Shown here: piece by piece, positions 12,011 through 25,268 of the stretch
How positions within the stretch are numbered: position 1 is the stretch's first letter
Layout: each line of letters starts with the position of its first letter
DNA from: Octopus sinensis
Taxonomy: Eukaryota
Direction: 5' to 3'
Assembly (NCBI RefSeq): GCF_006345805.1
Contig: NC_043016.1
Location: 15,376,001-15,440,000, forward strand
DNA length: 64,000 bases
Notes under the pieces: generated by a model
The model's database searches: none
What the model saw: the letters and a program-made list of their open reading frames with translations, nothing else
Told to the model about the DNA's origin: nothing
Program-made: the position numbers and the translations under genes

Positions 12011-12834
12011 GAATCCTTGCTGAACCTGTGGATCTTGAATTTTCAATAGATTATGCATTGTGAACTTGCTTTTATACCACAACCGTATATCATGAGCCTG
12101 AGCCACACAATTTCTGCCATGTGATAATGCCATCCTTTGCAAATAACCCCTGTGGAAGCAATATCTACTGCATTAGAAGTCTGCTACTGCATTACAAAGG
12201 TCCTGGTTGCTGAAGTTATTGTATGAAATAGCCAGAATCGAAGGATACCTTTCTATGTTAAAAGTTTGTAAAGCTGTATTGTATTATGAACTGAAGAAAG
12301 AATAGTATATATCCGTATTGCATTAAAAAAAAAAAATTTGCGAGATTACGTCCCTTAAATTGAGTTACTTCCCTTAGATTTATAATTTCACAAAGCATTG
12401 TATGGCCTTATTGCAAATTTTGAAATGGTTGCATCTACAATTGTCTCTTCAGTCATTATAAAAGGATTACAAAATGTGTGTGTGTGTGTATTACTCAGAC
12501 ACACACGTATTGCAATAACCTTTGGATGGAGAAACGATCTTTTTATACACACACACACACACACAATATCTGTACATCACTTCAACCCCACCTCTCTCTA
12601 TATATATCATCATAATCATCATTTAGCGTCCGTTATCCATGCTGGCATGTGTTGGACGGTTTGACCAGTGCTGGTAAGCTGAGGGTGTTAGGAAGGGCAT
12701 TTGGATGTAGAAAGCATGCCAAAGCAGACAGTGGAGCTTGGTGTAGCCTTCTGGCATGTCAGTTCATATCGAACCATGCAACCCATGCCAGCATGGAAAA
12801 ATGAATATTAAATGATGTTGGTGATGATGATATG

Positions 12835-12865
<31 letters not shown>

Positions 12866-12899
12866 CACATTTTTATATATATATATGTGTATATATATA

Positions 12900-13240
12900 T
12901 CGTTACCTGCATTGCCTTACTAGCACTTGTGCTGGTGGCATGTGAAAAAAAACATTTGGGCGAGGTCGTTGCCAGTGCCGCTGGACTGGCTCCTGTGCAG
13001 GTGGCACATAAAAAGCACCATTTGAGCATGGTCGTTGCCAGTACCACCCAACTGGCCCTCGTGCTGGTGGCACGAAAAGCACCCATTACACTCTCAGAGT
13101 GGTTGGCATTAGGAAGGGCATCCAGCTGTAGAAACTCTGCCAGATCAGATTGGAGTCTGGTGCAGCCATCTGGTTTGCCAGACCTCAGTCAAACTGTCCA
13201 ACCCATGAGAGCATGGAAAGCAGACATTAAACGATGATGA
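12900..13240 (+). mobile_element. RTE 3' UTR fragment with about 3 tandem units and (GAT)n tail
   Basis: Repeated ggtggcacataaaaagcacc units followed by the standard RTE tail. Confidence 0.7.
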
Positions 13241-14339
13241 TATATATATATATATATATATATTGTATGTATGTATCATTGTCATTATATAATGCCTGCT
13301 TTCCATGCTCTCATGGGTTGGACAGTTTGACTGGAGCTGGCCAGGTAGGAGACTGTACCATGCTTCCCTATCTGTTTTGGCATGTTTTTTATGGCTGGAT
13401 GCCCTTGCTATCACCAACCACTCACAAGAATTTGTTTGGCCTGAGGCTATAGAAGAAGACACTTGTCCAAGGTGCCATGCTGTGGGACTGAACCTGGAAC
13501 CATGTGGTTAGGAAGCAAACTTCTTACTACACAGCCACACCTGCGCATCCCAACCCCCCCTATGATTATTAATGCAATGACCCTCCTCAGGCACAATATA
13601 TATATATATATATATATTATACATACATATTTTGTATTTTGGGAGGTTTGTTATACCAATAATAATTGTATTCACTGGTTCTTTCTCACTTCTTTGATGC
13701 TAATTGGTTAACCAATTAATTAATTTATTCTTTGATTAATAATTGGTTAATCAATTGTCAAAATCCGTTTGTCACCATTCGTGACTTCTTCACTGACATG
13801 CATTCTCTGCTGCAGATCTGCTTCAGGACCAGAAAGGAAGGATGCTGCATCAGTTGAAGAGAAGGATGGCGGAGAGAGAGGCATGCGTAGAGTATGAGAA
13901 GGGTGAGAGATGTATGGTGATGGGGAAGGGGAGATAGTTGGCAGCTCAATGGGGGCAGGGATAATTGAAAATGTGGGTGGAGAGAAGAGTATTAATAGAT
14001 GAAGGATGGATAATAACTGAAATGGTTCTGGATGGAAAGGAAAGTAAATGGTATCAAGGAAGAACTGCAGATAGGGAGGTGATGGGTTGTGGTGGGTGTC
14101 TTGAGGAAGGAGGAAGTTGGGCAACAGTTCCAGTTGTGAATATAAATACACAGTTCTACCACAACTCAGTTTTGCTGAGACGGGTGAATCTCCCTGAGAA
14201 TCACAAATCGCCAATCGTCCTCGTGTTTTGTTACTTCTCCTGAGAAGCTCAAAGACCCGAGATCAGCATTTACAACTTCATCCCATATCTTCCTGGGTCA
14301 CTTTTGTTCACAAGTTCCAACTATGTTTAGTAATCAGCA

Positions 14340-14900
14340 CTTATTTAATTAGCAGTCTTCATCCATAGGCATCATGTCCATATAAATGTAATCTTCTTTC
14401 TTGTACATCTCAACTGATCCCCCTTATGCCTGGTTTTTCTCTCAGAATTTTCACAATATGTCCTTCATGCACACTTACATTGTACATCCAACAGAGCATG
14501 CATGCTCCATTTCTTTCCAGCCTTCTGATGTCCTCTGCATACAAGGTCCATGTCTCACTACCATGCAGCATTACAGTTCTAACAGAAACATTGTACAATT
14601 TTCCCTTCACCCTTATGGAAAAGATCTTTGTTGCCAACAGTGGTAGTCATTCACCGAAATGTCTCCAGCCAGTTCTTACCCTTATTCATTCAGAGCAATC
14701 ACTCCCGTTGCTAATTACATCTCTTAAGTAACAAAAGCTATTGGCTGCTTCTAGTGAGCCATCTAGTGCATGTAATGTATCACATGCAAAGCGTATGTTT
14801 CTGATAGTCTTTCTGCGATTGCACTAAATCTCGTGTGTATTCATATCTTACATTGGGTACAGCATATGGAATTTATATCCAATCCATTTTTGCAAATTGA
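14340..14900 (-). mobile_element. RTE LINE RT C-terminal fragment, degenerate
   Basis: KGKLYNVSVRTVMLHGSETW...RRLERN...WMYNVSV matches the RTE ORF at 57263-58594. Confidence 0.8.
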
Positions 14901-15225
14901 GCAAAGCCATTTCTCTCATAATACCAGGGTCCTGTCTTACATTGTACTTACTAAAAACCTCATCCTTGCTGAGTTAACTTAAGGTCTTTCAATTTTACAT
15001 TTAGGTTTCATGCCTGGAATTTCCTAATTCTACTATAAAAAAAGTTATCAGAACTTGATCATTAGTATATAGGAATGTCAATGGACATCCAGTCTTAAAC
15101 TCTTTTATGATGGCCTTTTTGACGATGTTAGAATATGAATTGTTTCTTTTATGTAGAACTTTTCATTTGATGAGGTAGTTTGTATTAAGCCTCTTCAGCT
15201 TCCAAATGTATTTTGACAGCAAAAT

Positions 15226-15374
15226 CAGAGCCAGCTCAAGGTACTGGCAACTCAGGCAGTCGCCCGGGGCGCCAAAGTGGGAGTGACAAAGGCATGGAAA
15301 TTTCCTTGACCGTCAGCTTGTACATGCTGAAGTTCAGATAGCCTGGGGCGCCAGCAACCCCAGAGCCGACCCTG
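15226..15374. mobile_element. GC-rich hAT-type MITE
   Basis: Termini cagagccagctc / gagccgaccctg, internal ggggcgcc twice. Degenerate 8-bp TSD agcaaaat / ggcagagt (5 of 8 identical, all differences A/G). Confidence 0.6.
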
Positions 15375-16015
15375 GGCAGAGTACTAGTTCGCCTATTGAT
15401 GAACTTGAAGGTTATGACATGGTTAAAACCACATAGATTAACAGTTTGCCTGTTCAAAGCATTTTCCTGGGTTTATTCTAAACGCCAACACTGGTATCCA
15501 AACTGCTAGCTTTTGTTTCGTTTGTTCTGAGTGATTCAAATCTTCCCTTTCATAAGTCCCTAAGTTACTCTGGTGGTGGTTGAAAAAATTGGGAACGTGT
15601 ATCATATCAAATGTATGCACTCCAAGGAAATATGTCCTGTGTTTCATATAAGGGTTAAACTTGCTCTCATCTTGTTGTGGTATGATTGAAGTCAATTTAG
15701 CTCCACACACAATTGGCATATAGCAGTGGTTATTGTTAAGAGTTTATGGCTAATATACAAGAAGAGAATGTGATGCTGCAGTTACTTTTATTCTTGAATA
15801 ATATTTTTTAAATTCCTCATAAAGTCTTCTTTTGATATTTATAAAATATGGCTGTCACTGTCGAGTGACACTGCTAAACTTTGCCATTTTGATATAAAAT
15901 GATATTAACGCCTGGGAAATTATTCTTTAATATATCTAATATTTACAGGACGGCCAAATTATGTTATATTACACTAAAATATTTTATATGTAGTTTATAG
16001 AATTTACCTGGGGTA

Positions 16016-16139
<124 letters not shown>

Positions 16140-16899
16140 ATGAAAATTACAGCTGACGACAGTTGAGGGAAAGGTTTAATGCTGCAATTGAATCACATCC
16201 AGTTTAGAGAGAATTCTTGTGCTTTCAAGTCACTACTCAGATCCAGGATAAGACTCAGTCTAATGTCTGTAGGTTTGGAAGAATCTTTTGATATATGTGT
16301 CTGTCAGAGATAAGGGTGTACAACTGCCGTGCTGATGACGCTTTTGAAGTAGAAACGCATGCCTTAAGTAGTCATCTTGTCTCTAAAAGAATCAGATCTT
16401 TGGTCAATATTTGAACATTTTTTGATTCCTGAGATTATCTCCCCTCTTATGTTAGAGTTGTTCCCAGTTGCCATCAAGTTGACTGTTCTAGCCTCTCTGG
16501 AAGGGGAGATAATTACGATAAATCAAAATTCTTGTATGGTATAATGGCATTATTCATCATTCAAGCACACACACACACACACACACACACACGTCTCTGT
16601 GTGTATACATTCATATCTCACTACACTACATCACATAATATACATACATGCACTCAAACATAAATGCATACATTACACACACACATCCTCCTCCCCTCCT
16701 CCTCCTCTATCTTACCTCCTCCTCCTTTAACACCTGATACCATCATCACTAAAACAAACCACTACAGGTCTCAGTGTGTATGTATATGTATGTGTTTGTG
16801 TTTGTGTGTGCATGTGGTGATCTAAGCGATTCGATGCGCTAGGTAAGTGTTGTAATGGATTACTGTGGCACCAAGGTTATAACCAAGTTATTAATGTAA

Positions 16900-18150
16900 G
16901 AAGGCTTCTTACAAAGTTGGGAAATAGTTTGCCAGAATACTTTATTGGCCAGTTTTGAGTCAGAGTCCAGTTTAAATCCAAAGTCCTGCCATGATTTAGC
17001 TTTGGACGTTTTTATAGTCTCTTGCAAATTTCCGCGCCTCAGTGTACCTCATGCGCAGAAGGGGAAACTTGTTTCTAAACCAAGCTTTGTAAGATTCCTT
17101 CTTTGCTCGGATGACATCTTTAACTTCTTGTTTAAACCAAGGATTTCTTTTACCAGCTGGAGTCGCACTGATCCGCTTTTGTTCAAAGCATTGTACGACC
17201 GAAGAAGAAACTGCCAAACAAGATTTCCACCCCATTTCGACATTCTCAGTCTGTTCAGGAAGGTCTCTGTATTTGGATGTAATAGTGTCCGCAGATCCCA
17301 TCATTCACCAGTGATTCTCACCGGATTTACCAGAGGTGCAGGAAGATAGCAAAATCTATCAGTGATTTCTGACTGCCGTAATGTCTCTGTGCGAATGCCC
17401 GGATGTTTGTCTTCAAGTAAACCATGCTAAGTGAAAACCTCCCAATGTGGGTGTCATGCTTTGATAGGGGTATTCTCACTTATCCGTTTCCTAATTTCTA
17501 TGAACTGGATTGACATGCACAACCATTGTGGAAATGGTATCACAATTGGTGTGTGTAGGATCGGTCGGCTGATATTTAAATGCAACAAGGTGTTACTTGG
17601 TTCATCAGAAGGTGATCTCAAGCATACATTGAATGGGTTCAAGATGCCAAGTGCTGCAAGACAGGGATGAGAATTAATGTTGCAAAGACTGAGACATTGG
17701 TCCTCTCAAGAAAGTCTTCCTACTGAGACAAATGGAGAAGTTTCAATATCTTGGGGCTTTATTAATGAGTGATTGTAGGTAGGAAGAGGAATTGGATGCT
17801 AGAATTGCAGGTTCTGCCACAGTTATACACCAGCTTCGGTGTTTGAATCTCAGAAGGGGAGAGGCTCATAAAAGAAAAAGCCAAACTCACTACCTTCAAT
17901 TCCGTTTTCATGCCTATCTTCACCAATGGGCATGAATGTTGGACAAATGACTAAAAGAGAACGATTGTAGATACAAATGGCCGAAATGGTCTATCCCCTA
18001 AAGGATCTTTTGAGTAACGTTACCCGACAGCGAGCAGTTCGGAGACGAGGGAGTTTCACCAGGTCGGGTAGTTGAGAGGTCACAACTTTGGTACTCAGCA
18101 CATGTGGTTAGAATGCCGCAGGAAAGGATCGCAAGATGGATTCTTCAGGC
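16900..18150. mobile_element. Fragments of a second, older RTE-like LINE family (minus 16.9-17.4 kb, plus 17.7-18.1 kb)
   Basis: NPWFKQEVKDVIRAKKESYKAWF (EN-RT linker) on the minus strand. Degenerate EKFQYLG...ELDARI on the plus strand. Confidence 0.55.
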
Positions 18151-18291
18151 AGAAGCACCTCTTGGAGAAGGTGCTTGAGGATTCTACCCCGACAATCCTC
18201 CCAAGAATTATAGTTGGTGAAAATGACTGGATGCATATATGTATATGCATTTATGTGAGTGTATGTATGTGTGTGTGTATGTAAGTATATA

Positions 18292-18327
<36 letters not shown>

Positions 18328-18597
18328 CTGGACTCCCCTGTCGTAGATGACAGACTAAGGTTCCATAATTTATATGTGTGATAATCGCTTAATAATATTT
18401 TCACATGGCCCCGCATTGAAACAGTCATCGAAGCTGAAGGTGGAGTCATAGAATAACCGCATAAGAAAGCCTATGGAGAACTTGGGCAAAAATTCTTATT
18501 AAAATACATTTGGTTTTTGCTAGATTAGACTGTTTTATTAAATTACCACATATGTCCTAAAATACCTCTCGCACTCTGTGACCTTTCCTTTTTCTAT

Positions 18598-18632
18598 GTT
18601 TCTGACGAAGAGCTCCACTCGAAACGTTAAAT
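18598..18632 (+). ncRNA. Minimal type I hammerhead-like motif (Penelope-associated type)
   Basis: gttt-CTGACGA-A-GAG ctcca CTC-GAAA-CGT-T-aaat: intact core, 3-bp helix II, palindromic ACGT helix III, 4-bp helix I. Activity is untested. Confidence 0.45.
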
Positions 18633-18820
18633 CCTCCTTCTTTATTCCTTTCCCGAGCGTCCAATAACACTATACTTGTTCCACGTCCTTACGTTGTTGT
18701 GTTTTCTATTTGTTCATGTTTGAAGTAACTATACACACACACACATACATACATACACACAACACACACACACCACACACACACACATACATACATACAT
18801 ACATACACACACCCACACAT

Positions 18821-18853
<33 letters not shown>

Positions 18854-18892
18854 TACATACATACATACATACATACATACATACATACATAC

Positions 18893-18950
<58 letters not shown>

Positions 18951-18964
18951 TATCTTCGATAGAT

Positions 18965-20215
18965 ACATTATACCCCACCTAGAAGGATATGCCTTGTTTG
19001 GTAAACAAAAGGGACAAAGATGCCACCAAACCACCACGTTGTAATAGAAAGTGCCAGCTCTACTATACCAGTGTGGAAGATATCACCCACATCATCAGCA
19101 GCTTCCCAAAAATGTCTACGAGATATTATCCGCCCCTGCGGCATGACTATTTGCAAAGCTATCTGCAGGAAGGACCACCCCGGCACATATATCAAAAAGC
19201 CATGTCAGAACCAACATGTATTTATACCTTTAAAAACAAGGAATACTGGTGGAACCCCTAAATAAAAACATTATTTCAGTGCAAACATAACAGACCTGAT
19301 ATTGTTCCGTGGAACAGGGAATAAAAGTCATGCACTGTTGTAGATGTCAGCTGCCCGGCAGATGTGAATGTATAATCAAAAGTCCAGGAAAAAGGGAACA
19401 TGTATGGTGAATTAATGCGGAACTTACAGCTCTTGTGCTCTGACTATAAATTCTCATCTTTACCTATCATCATTGGGGCCTTAGGTTATGTACCAAGAAA
19501 TTTTCACTAAAACCTAGAAATACTCGGTTTCGCGAAGAATAAACAGAAGAAACTGATGCGGATTCTCTAAATCCAATCTATTAGTGGCACAGTGAAGATT
19601 TTAACCCTTAGTGTTTGCATTATTCTGCCAAAATTAATGCTTTTTCATCCACATTGTTTTGAACTAATCATTCATTAATCTTGTAGCTATGAGATTCTGA
19701 TGAGGTAGCTGTTAATTTTTAAAACGATATTGTAGGGTTGGTGTGAGAGACCAGATCTGGCCAGTTTGACCATAAAACAGGGGAGAATATTTTGGCCGGA
19801 TATGGCCGGTTTAAATGCTAAAGGGTTAAAGACATTCTCAAAAGTCATATTTAACATGTTCGAGTGCATTTGGATGCGAAAAGACCTTCCACTGTAGAAA
19901 TAGTCGCTGGAGAAAATTATCTTCCCGTGCATGTGTGAAAAACATTCTGGGTTGCGACTTGACGCCATTAGATTTTAGGATGCATGGCTTTCTGAGTTTT
20001 TTTGCTTCATCAGCTACGAACGTCAAATCTGTCATTCATAGCTCGGATAAGAATGAATTGATTGATATAAGAAGAGCATATTGTACGTTTTCTGATGTGC
20101 AGAAAAGCTTGCTCAAGCTGGGATTGAATAAAGTTGCATGGAGCAGCGTTGGATAAAATAAAAGTCATATTTAACATGTTGAAATGCATTCAGACCTCTT
20201 GAATATCACTACATG
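18965..20215 (+). mobile_element. R4/Dong-type non-LTR retrotransposon 3' part (CCHC finger and restriction-like endonuclease), degenerate
   Basis: CNRKCQLYYTSVEDITHIISSFPKMSTRYYPPLRHD, KHNRPDI..W, SCP.D.N, PIIIGALGY, SISGTVKI. Interrupted by the MITE at 19601-19829; the 3' extent is approximate. Confidence 0.75.
19601..19829. mobile_element. TTAA-flanked piggyBac-like MITE inserted in the R4-type element
   Basis: TTAA-CCCTT...AAAGGG-TTAA, reverse complement of the 3420-3648 copy. Confidence 0.8.
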
Positions 20216-20291
20216 GATATGTCTTATTCAACTCTGCTTCGTGTGAGTGTGTGTGTGTGTAGTGTGTGCCTGCATACGCGCGCCTGTCTGA

Positions 20292-20324
<33 letters not shown>

Positions 20325-20372
20325 ATTGTGCATACACATAGATGTTTGTATGTACGCATGTGTGTGTATGTA

Positions 20373-20403
<31 letters not shown>

Positions 20404-20804
20404 ATGTATGTGTGTGTATGTACATACTGACATAAACAGGAAGATAGACACACGATACAGGCATAGAGAAATGTATCTATATGAAAAGTAGTGTATACAA
20501 TTTACTTGATACATTTATGCTATATCTTTACAGCTGTTTCGAATGGTTGATATAACAATGCATATTATACAAGCAGGTGCAATACCGAGGCAGTATAGTA
20601 TGTATACATAAATGCAAAGTAAATTATCAGCTAATGCGGATTTTGATGAGAACGGCGTAATTCTCATGCACGGAAATATCAAGATTTCTCCTACTAAATA
20701 CTTAACTTTGAGAGGATACATGAGAGAGAGAGAGAGAGAGAAAGAAAGAGAGGGAGAGAGAGAAAGAGAGAGAGAGGAAGAGAGAACGAGAAGGAAGAGA
20801 GAGA

Positions 20805-20858
<54 letters not shown>

Positions 20859-21440
20859 TATAAGTAGATTCAGCTGAGAGACCAGTCATTGAAGCTGCCA
20901 ACAGTTTGGGAATATAGCATGATTAAGGACATGATTAAGAAGGGAAAGCAATTGGTCCATCAGCATTTATTCTTTATTTTAAAAATTTTGGTAGAGTCAT
21001 TCACAAAATAAATGAAACAGTACAGACTCAGTGACTGTGCAGTAGCATCATTGTTAAATGCTAGAAAGCTAAAGGAGATGCACCATGATCAGGTTATAAA
21101 AATTATCGAAAATGTTCGGGAGCAATCGATTAGGATGTGATACAATTTGGAGATGATGCTTCAGATGCACTCTACCTTCTGCAAAAGAACTTATTCAAAA
21201 GCAAGTCCCTATAACTGGCATTTATTGGCTTAGACAAAGCCTTTGATTGGGTGCCATGCTTCTGGTCTTATGGTCAATGAGGAAGCTAGGAGTTGACAAA
21301 TGGTTTATGAAAGCTGTACAGGGCCATGTCCAGTGGCACAGTCATCACTGTGTGGTAGTAGGGATAGGTGTTCTTAAAGCATAGTAGCCTGAGTAAGAAG
21401 AGGTTGGAAAACGTTGAGGGAGTTATTGCATCTGTTGGTA

Positions 21441-21781
21441 AAAGGGTAAAGATCCCCTTCGGTCACGAATGACTATGCGATTGCACCTAGAAAATTCCCC
21501 TCAGAGGCACAAGTCCAGGCAAGGTTATTTATTGAAGACCAGCAGTCGCCCATGAATACCAGCCTCTCCTCTTCATGCCACCAGTGTTATCCAAGAGAAA
21601 GACAAAGGCTGATACAGCTTGGCACCAGTGATGTCGCAACTAATTTCTACAGCTGAGTGAACTAGAGGAATGTGAGATAAAGTGTTTTACTCTTGCTCGA
21701 TAACACAACACAAAGCCTGACCCAGGAATCGAACTCAACTACCTCATGATTGTGAGCCTGACGCTCTAACCACTGAGCCAT
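21441..21781 (-). mobile_element. Second tRNA-derived SINE family
   Basis: Minus-strand head tggctcagtggttagagcg...gagttcgattcc (A and B boxes). Body shared with 49035-49310. Confidence 0.75.
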
Positions 21782-22931
21782 CGGTAACAAAAAGCTTTTC
21801 CCTCAAGGTCAAGGTTAGATTGCATGAGACTTGAATGTGAAGAGTGATGCAGCATTGTAGTAAAACACGGGAGTTGAAAGCAGAGGATTTGCAAAGAGAA
21901 ACAAATGAAGCGAGCATGCTTAGCTGGATATGTAACGTTGTGGACAGAGTACAAATGAACCGAGAGAAAAAGTAAACATAAGGAGAGTCAGATGTTGTGT
22001 GATAGATGGGAGATTGAGTTGGTATAGGCATGTGATGCATTTTGAGGAGGATAGCTATGTGGAGAAATGCTATTCGTTCATAGTAAATGGAACCTGTTGA
22101 AGAAGTTGGGAAACTTGGGATGTGAAGGTGAGAAATCATCTAAACTTCTGGCATCTCATGGACATGATGACAATAGAATGTATTGATTGATGACACACAG
22201 CGCAGGAGAAGGTCTTCTGTTCTGTGCAGTCATGGAAAAATGTCTGTTAAAATTGGTTGTCATGAAGTTAGGAGGCATGATATGTCAGGTTGAGTAAAAA
22301 GTAAGCAATGTTTTGAACCATGAAGAATTTGTACCGGGTTTTTGCAGAATTTTGAATTTTTTAAAACAATCTTTTGCAATTGTTTGATAATACAGACATA
22401 GACTTGCCCAAATGCATCAATAAATTAACATTGATATTTTTTCACTGTTGTTTTCATTTAAAAATTTTTTCATTCGTATTTTTTAGTCGTATTTCATATC
22501 CGTTTTTATTCTTTTTTTTATATTACTTTATTAATTTTTTCGTATTTTTATTCATATTTTTTACTCGTAATTTTTATCTGGACTTATTTTTCATTCATAT
22601 TTTTTAATTCGAATTTTTTTTCATTTTTTTTCATTCCTATTTTTTAGTTGTATTTCATATCAATTTTGTTCCTGACGTGGGAGTGCTTAAACATAAGAGT
22701 TTTTGAATGAGACTTTGTGTCTTAATAATACCATAGTACCCTCATGGAACACGTGTAGTCCGTAATATGGAAAATTTGGGATTATGAATATAAATAGTAA
22801 ATATATTATTTAACATTTTATGGCTTGGGAGAGTTAATATCGTTTGGAGTTGATGAAGTTGTGGGTGTTTCTATCTCTAACAATATTTTGATATATATGA
22901 ATTAATTATTGAGAGTAATTCAATTTAATAT

Positions 22932-23140
22932 TTGACCGGTTCGCGGAACAAACGTCGTGACATCCACCTTGCGAACGACACACCGGTCTCACGCCATTTC
23001 CGCTCCACCGGTCACTCCTTGCAACACCTATCTGTGTTCGGTTTGTCCTTACACAGAGGCCATCCGGATTCCCGTTTGCGCTGTGAACAGGAATTAATCT
23101 TCTCTCTTCGCTCTTATACGCCATTTGGTCTCAACTCTCC
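22932..23140 (+). mobile_element. Penelope-like GIY-YIG C-terminal remnant
   Basis: DIHLANDTPVSRHFRSTGHS...RLRCEQELIFSLRSYTPFGLN. Confidence 0.7.
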
Positions 23141-23268
23141 CCCCCTCTCCTCCCTCCTCACCTACCTTTCCCCCAACCCCTACGTCTTCAGTCCTTCATC
23201 CTTTCACCCCTACTCTCCTTCCCTTCTTCCCTCTTTCTCCCTCCCTCCTTCCCTCTTCCCCTTCCCTC

Positions 23269-23368
23269 NNNNNNNNNNNNNNNNNNNNNNNNNNNNNNNN
23301 NNNNNNNNNNNNNNNNNNNNNNNNNNNNNNNNNNNNNNNNNNNNNNNNNNNNNNNNNNNNNNNNNNNN
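23269..23368. other. Assembly gap (100 N)
   Basis: Run of exactly 100 N, typical of a gap of unknown size. Confidence 0.99.
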
Positions 23369-23640
23369 TTTTGCTCCAACTTTCTCTCACTTTTTCTTCC
23401 TGTTTCTTGAGTAATGATGCAAAGGACTGGCGTCCTGTCTGGCTGGGGCAAACACACATGCCACAGAATTTGGGAAACTGGGCCCATGAGCCTGGCTAGG
23501 CTTGAAAAGGGCACATAAATAAAAATAATATATATATCTAGATTATTATATATATATATACATATATATGTTTTATATATGCTTATATATATTATATATA
23601 TTATGTATGTTTATATATTATATAATATATATGTATACAT

Positions 23641-23678
<38 letters not shown>

Positions 23679-23741
23679 TTATATATATATAATATAAATG
23701 TATACAATGTTTAGTATATATTATATCTATATATATATATA

Positions 23742-24243
23742 GGTGCAGGAGTGGCTGTGTGGTAAGTAACTTACTTACCAACTACATGGTTCTGGGTTCG
23801 TCCCACTGCATGGCACCTTGAACAAGTGTCTTCTACTATAGACTCAAGCTGATGTATGTATGTTATGTATGTATGTATGTATGTATGTATGTATGTATGT
23901 ATGTATGTATGTATGTATGTATGTATGTATGTACGTACGTACGTACGTATGTGTGTATGTATGTATGTATGTATGTATGTATGTATGTATGTACGTACGT
24001 ACGTATGTGTGTATGTATGTATGTATGTATGTATGCATGCATGCATGCATGCATGCATGCATGTATGTATGTGTGTCTGTGTTTGTCCCCCCAACATCAC
24101 TTGACAACTGATGCTGGTGTGTTTACGTACCTGTAACTTAGTGGTTCAGCAAAAGAGGCTGATAGAATAAGTACTAGGCTTACAAAGAATATGTCCAGCA
24201 TGGCCAATGTCAAATGACTGAAACAAGTAAAAGAATGAAAGAA
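23742..24243 (+). mobile_element. tRNA-derived SINE with internal (TATG)n/(TACG)n/(TGCA)n expansion
   Basis: SINE head 23742-23850, about 220 bp microsatellite in place of the central segment, SINE tail 24075-24243. Confidence 0.8.
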
Positions 24244-25268
24244 ACACACACACACACACACATATACATGTTCATATACCCAAATGCGTAAAGCTTATAT
24301 ATATACATATAAACACATTCAGTGTCATATGTGACAGACAGATGAACCAAGACAGTTCCTGTCACCAGACCTTTCTTAAAACAGTTGTCAATATGTTCAA
24401 TGAGATTTGAAGGTTGGTCGGTGATAGATTTGGCTGTTTGGAATCCATCTTGTTGAATTATGATGGCTGGTTCAACAGGAATGGCAAATCTGTTAGGGAA
24501 CAGGTACTCAGATATCTTAAGTGCATGACATAGCAGAGATATCAGACAAAAGTCTAGCAGCTAAGGAGGTCAACATGGAATAAAACACCTCACTAAAAAA
24601 CAAGGGTCAGTAGCCAGGTCTTGTCCAATTATTGCCAGCCTAGAATAAAAAGTGGGTAGGAAAACAATGACGATGACAATGATGACGATGACGACGACGA
24701 CGATGATGATGATGATGATGATGGCAACAAAGTAGGGGGAAGGGTAAGGAGGATTATAAAGAAGATTAAAATAAGTGAAACACAGAGACTTTTCTCAAAG
24801 AGGGGAGGAACAGCAAAATGGTTGATTCATTGCATTGGCCAAGAGGTGATGTACGTCACTGTAATATTGGGCTTTCCAAGAGAGAGGGAAAACAAGTTCT
24901 ACCAAGGGGGAAAAAAATAGGTGGACTTGGCACTTTCAAAATCAGATTCTGGTAACACTTATACAGGTGTTAAAAAAAGAAGCAGCACAACAAAAGGAAA
25001 GGAAATTTATGCAATACAGTTCCAGCCTTTCATCAAAATTGACAAAGAAAGAAAGGAAATCACAATTAGAAAACACTAAAATATTAACGAACAATTAGAG
25101 GAAGACAAATAACTGAAAGAAAAGTAAAAAGAAAATGTCATGTAGATCAATATCAAAATATCTTCTATATTAGAGTTTGTTCCCTATGGAGCCCCTTAAT
25201 TTCTGTTTTACTCAGATGAACCCTTCCAGCTGTTTGATGTTTAAAAAAATCCTATTATATTTTTATGA

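Noticed and set aside
16332-16360. CTGATGA...GAAAC hammerhead-like string
   Set aside because: Helix II is poor, helix III is not palindromic (ACGCAT followed by G), and there is no helix I pairing.
20515-20901. Hydrophobic minus-strand ORF as the HHAT C-terminal exon
   Set aside because: No recognisable HHAT motifs, half of it is (GA)n-derived, and it has no convincing acceptor.
21720-21781. tRNA genes (A/B boxes here and at about 803-860, 4590-4650, 23745-23810, 62390-62440)
   Set aside because: No complete cloverleaf. Each runs directly into a SINE body, so these are SINE heads.
25095-25165. Minus-strand YFDIDLHDIFF resembling the HHAT YFDVGLHNFL exon
   Set aside because: The conserved Gly is missing, there is no polypyrimidine acceptor and no GT donor, and the frame hits a stop.
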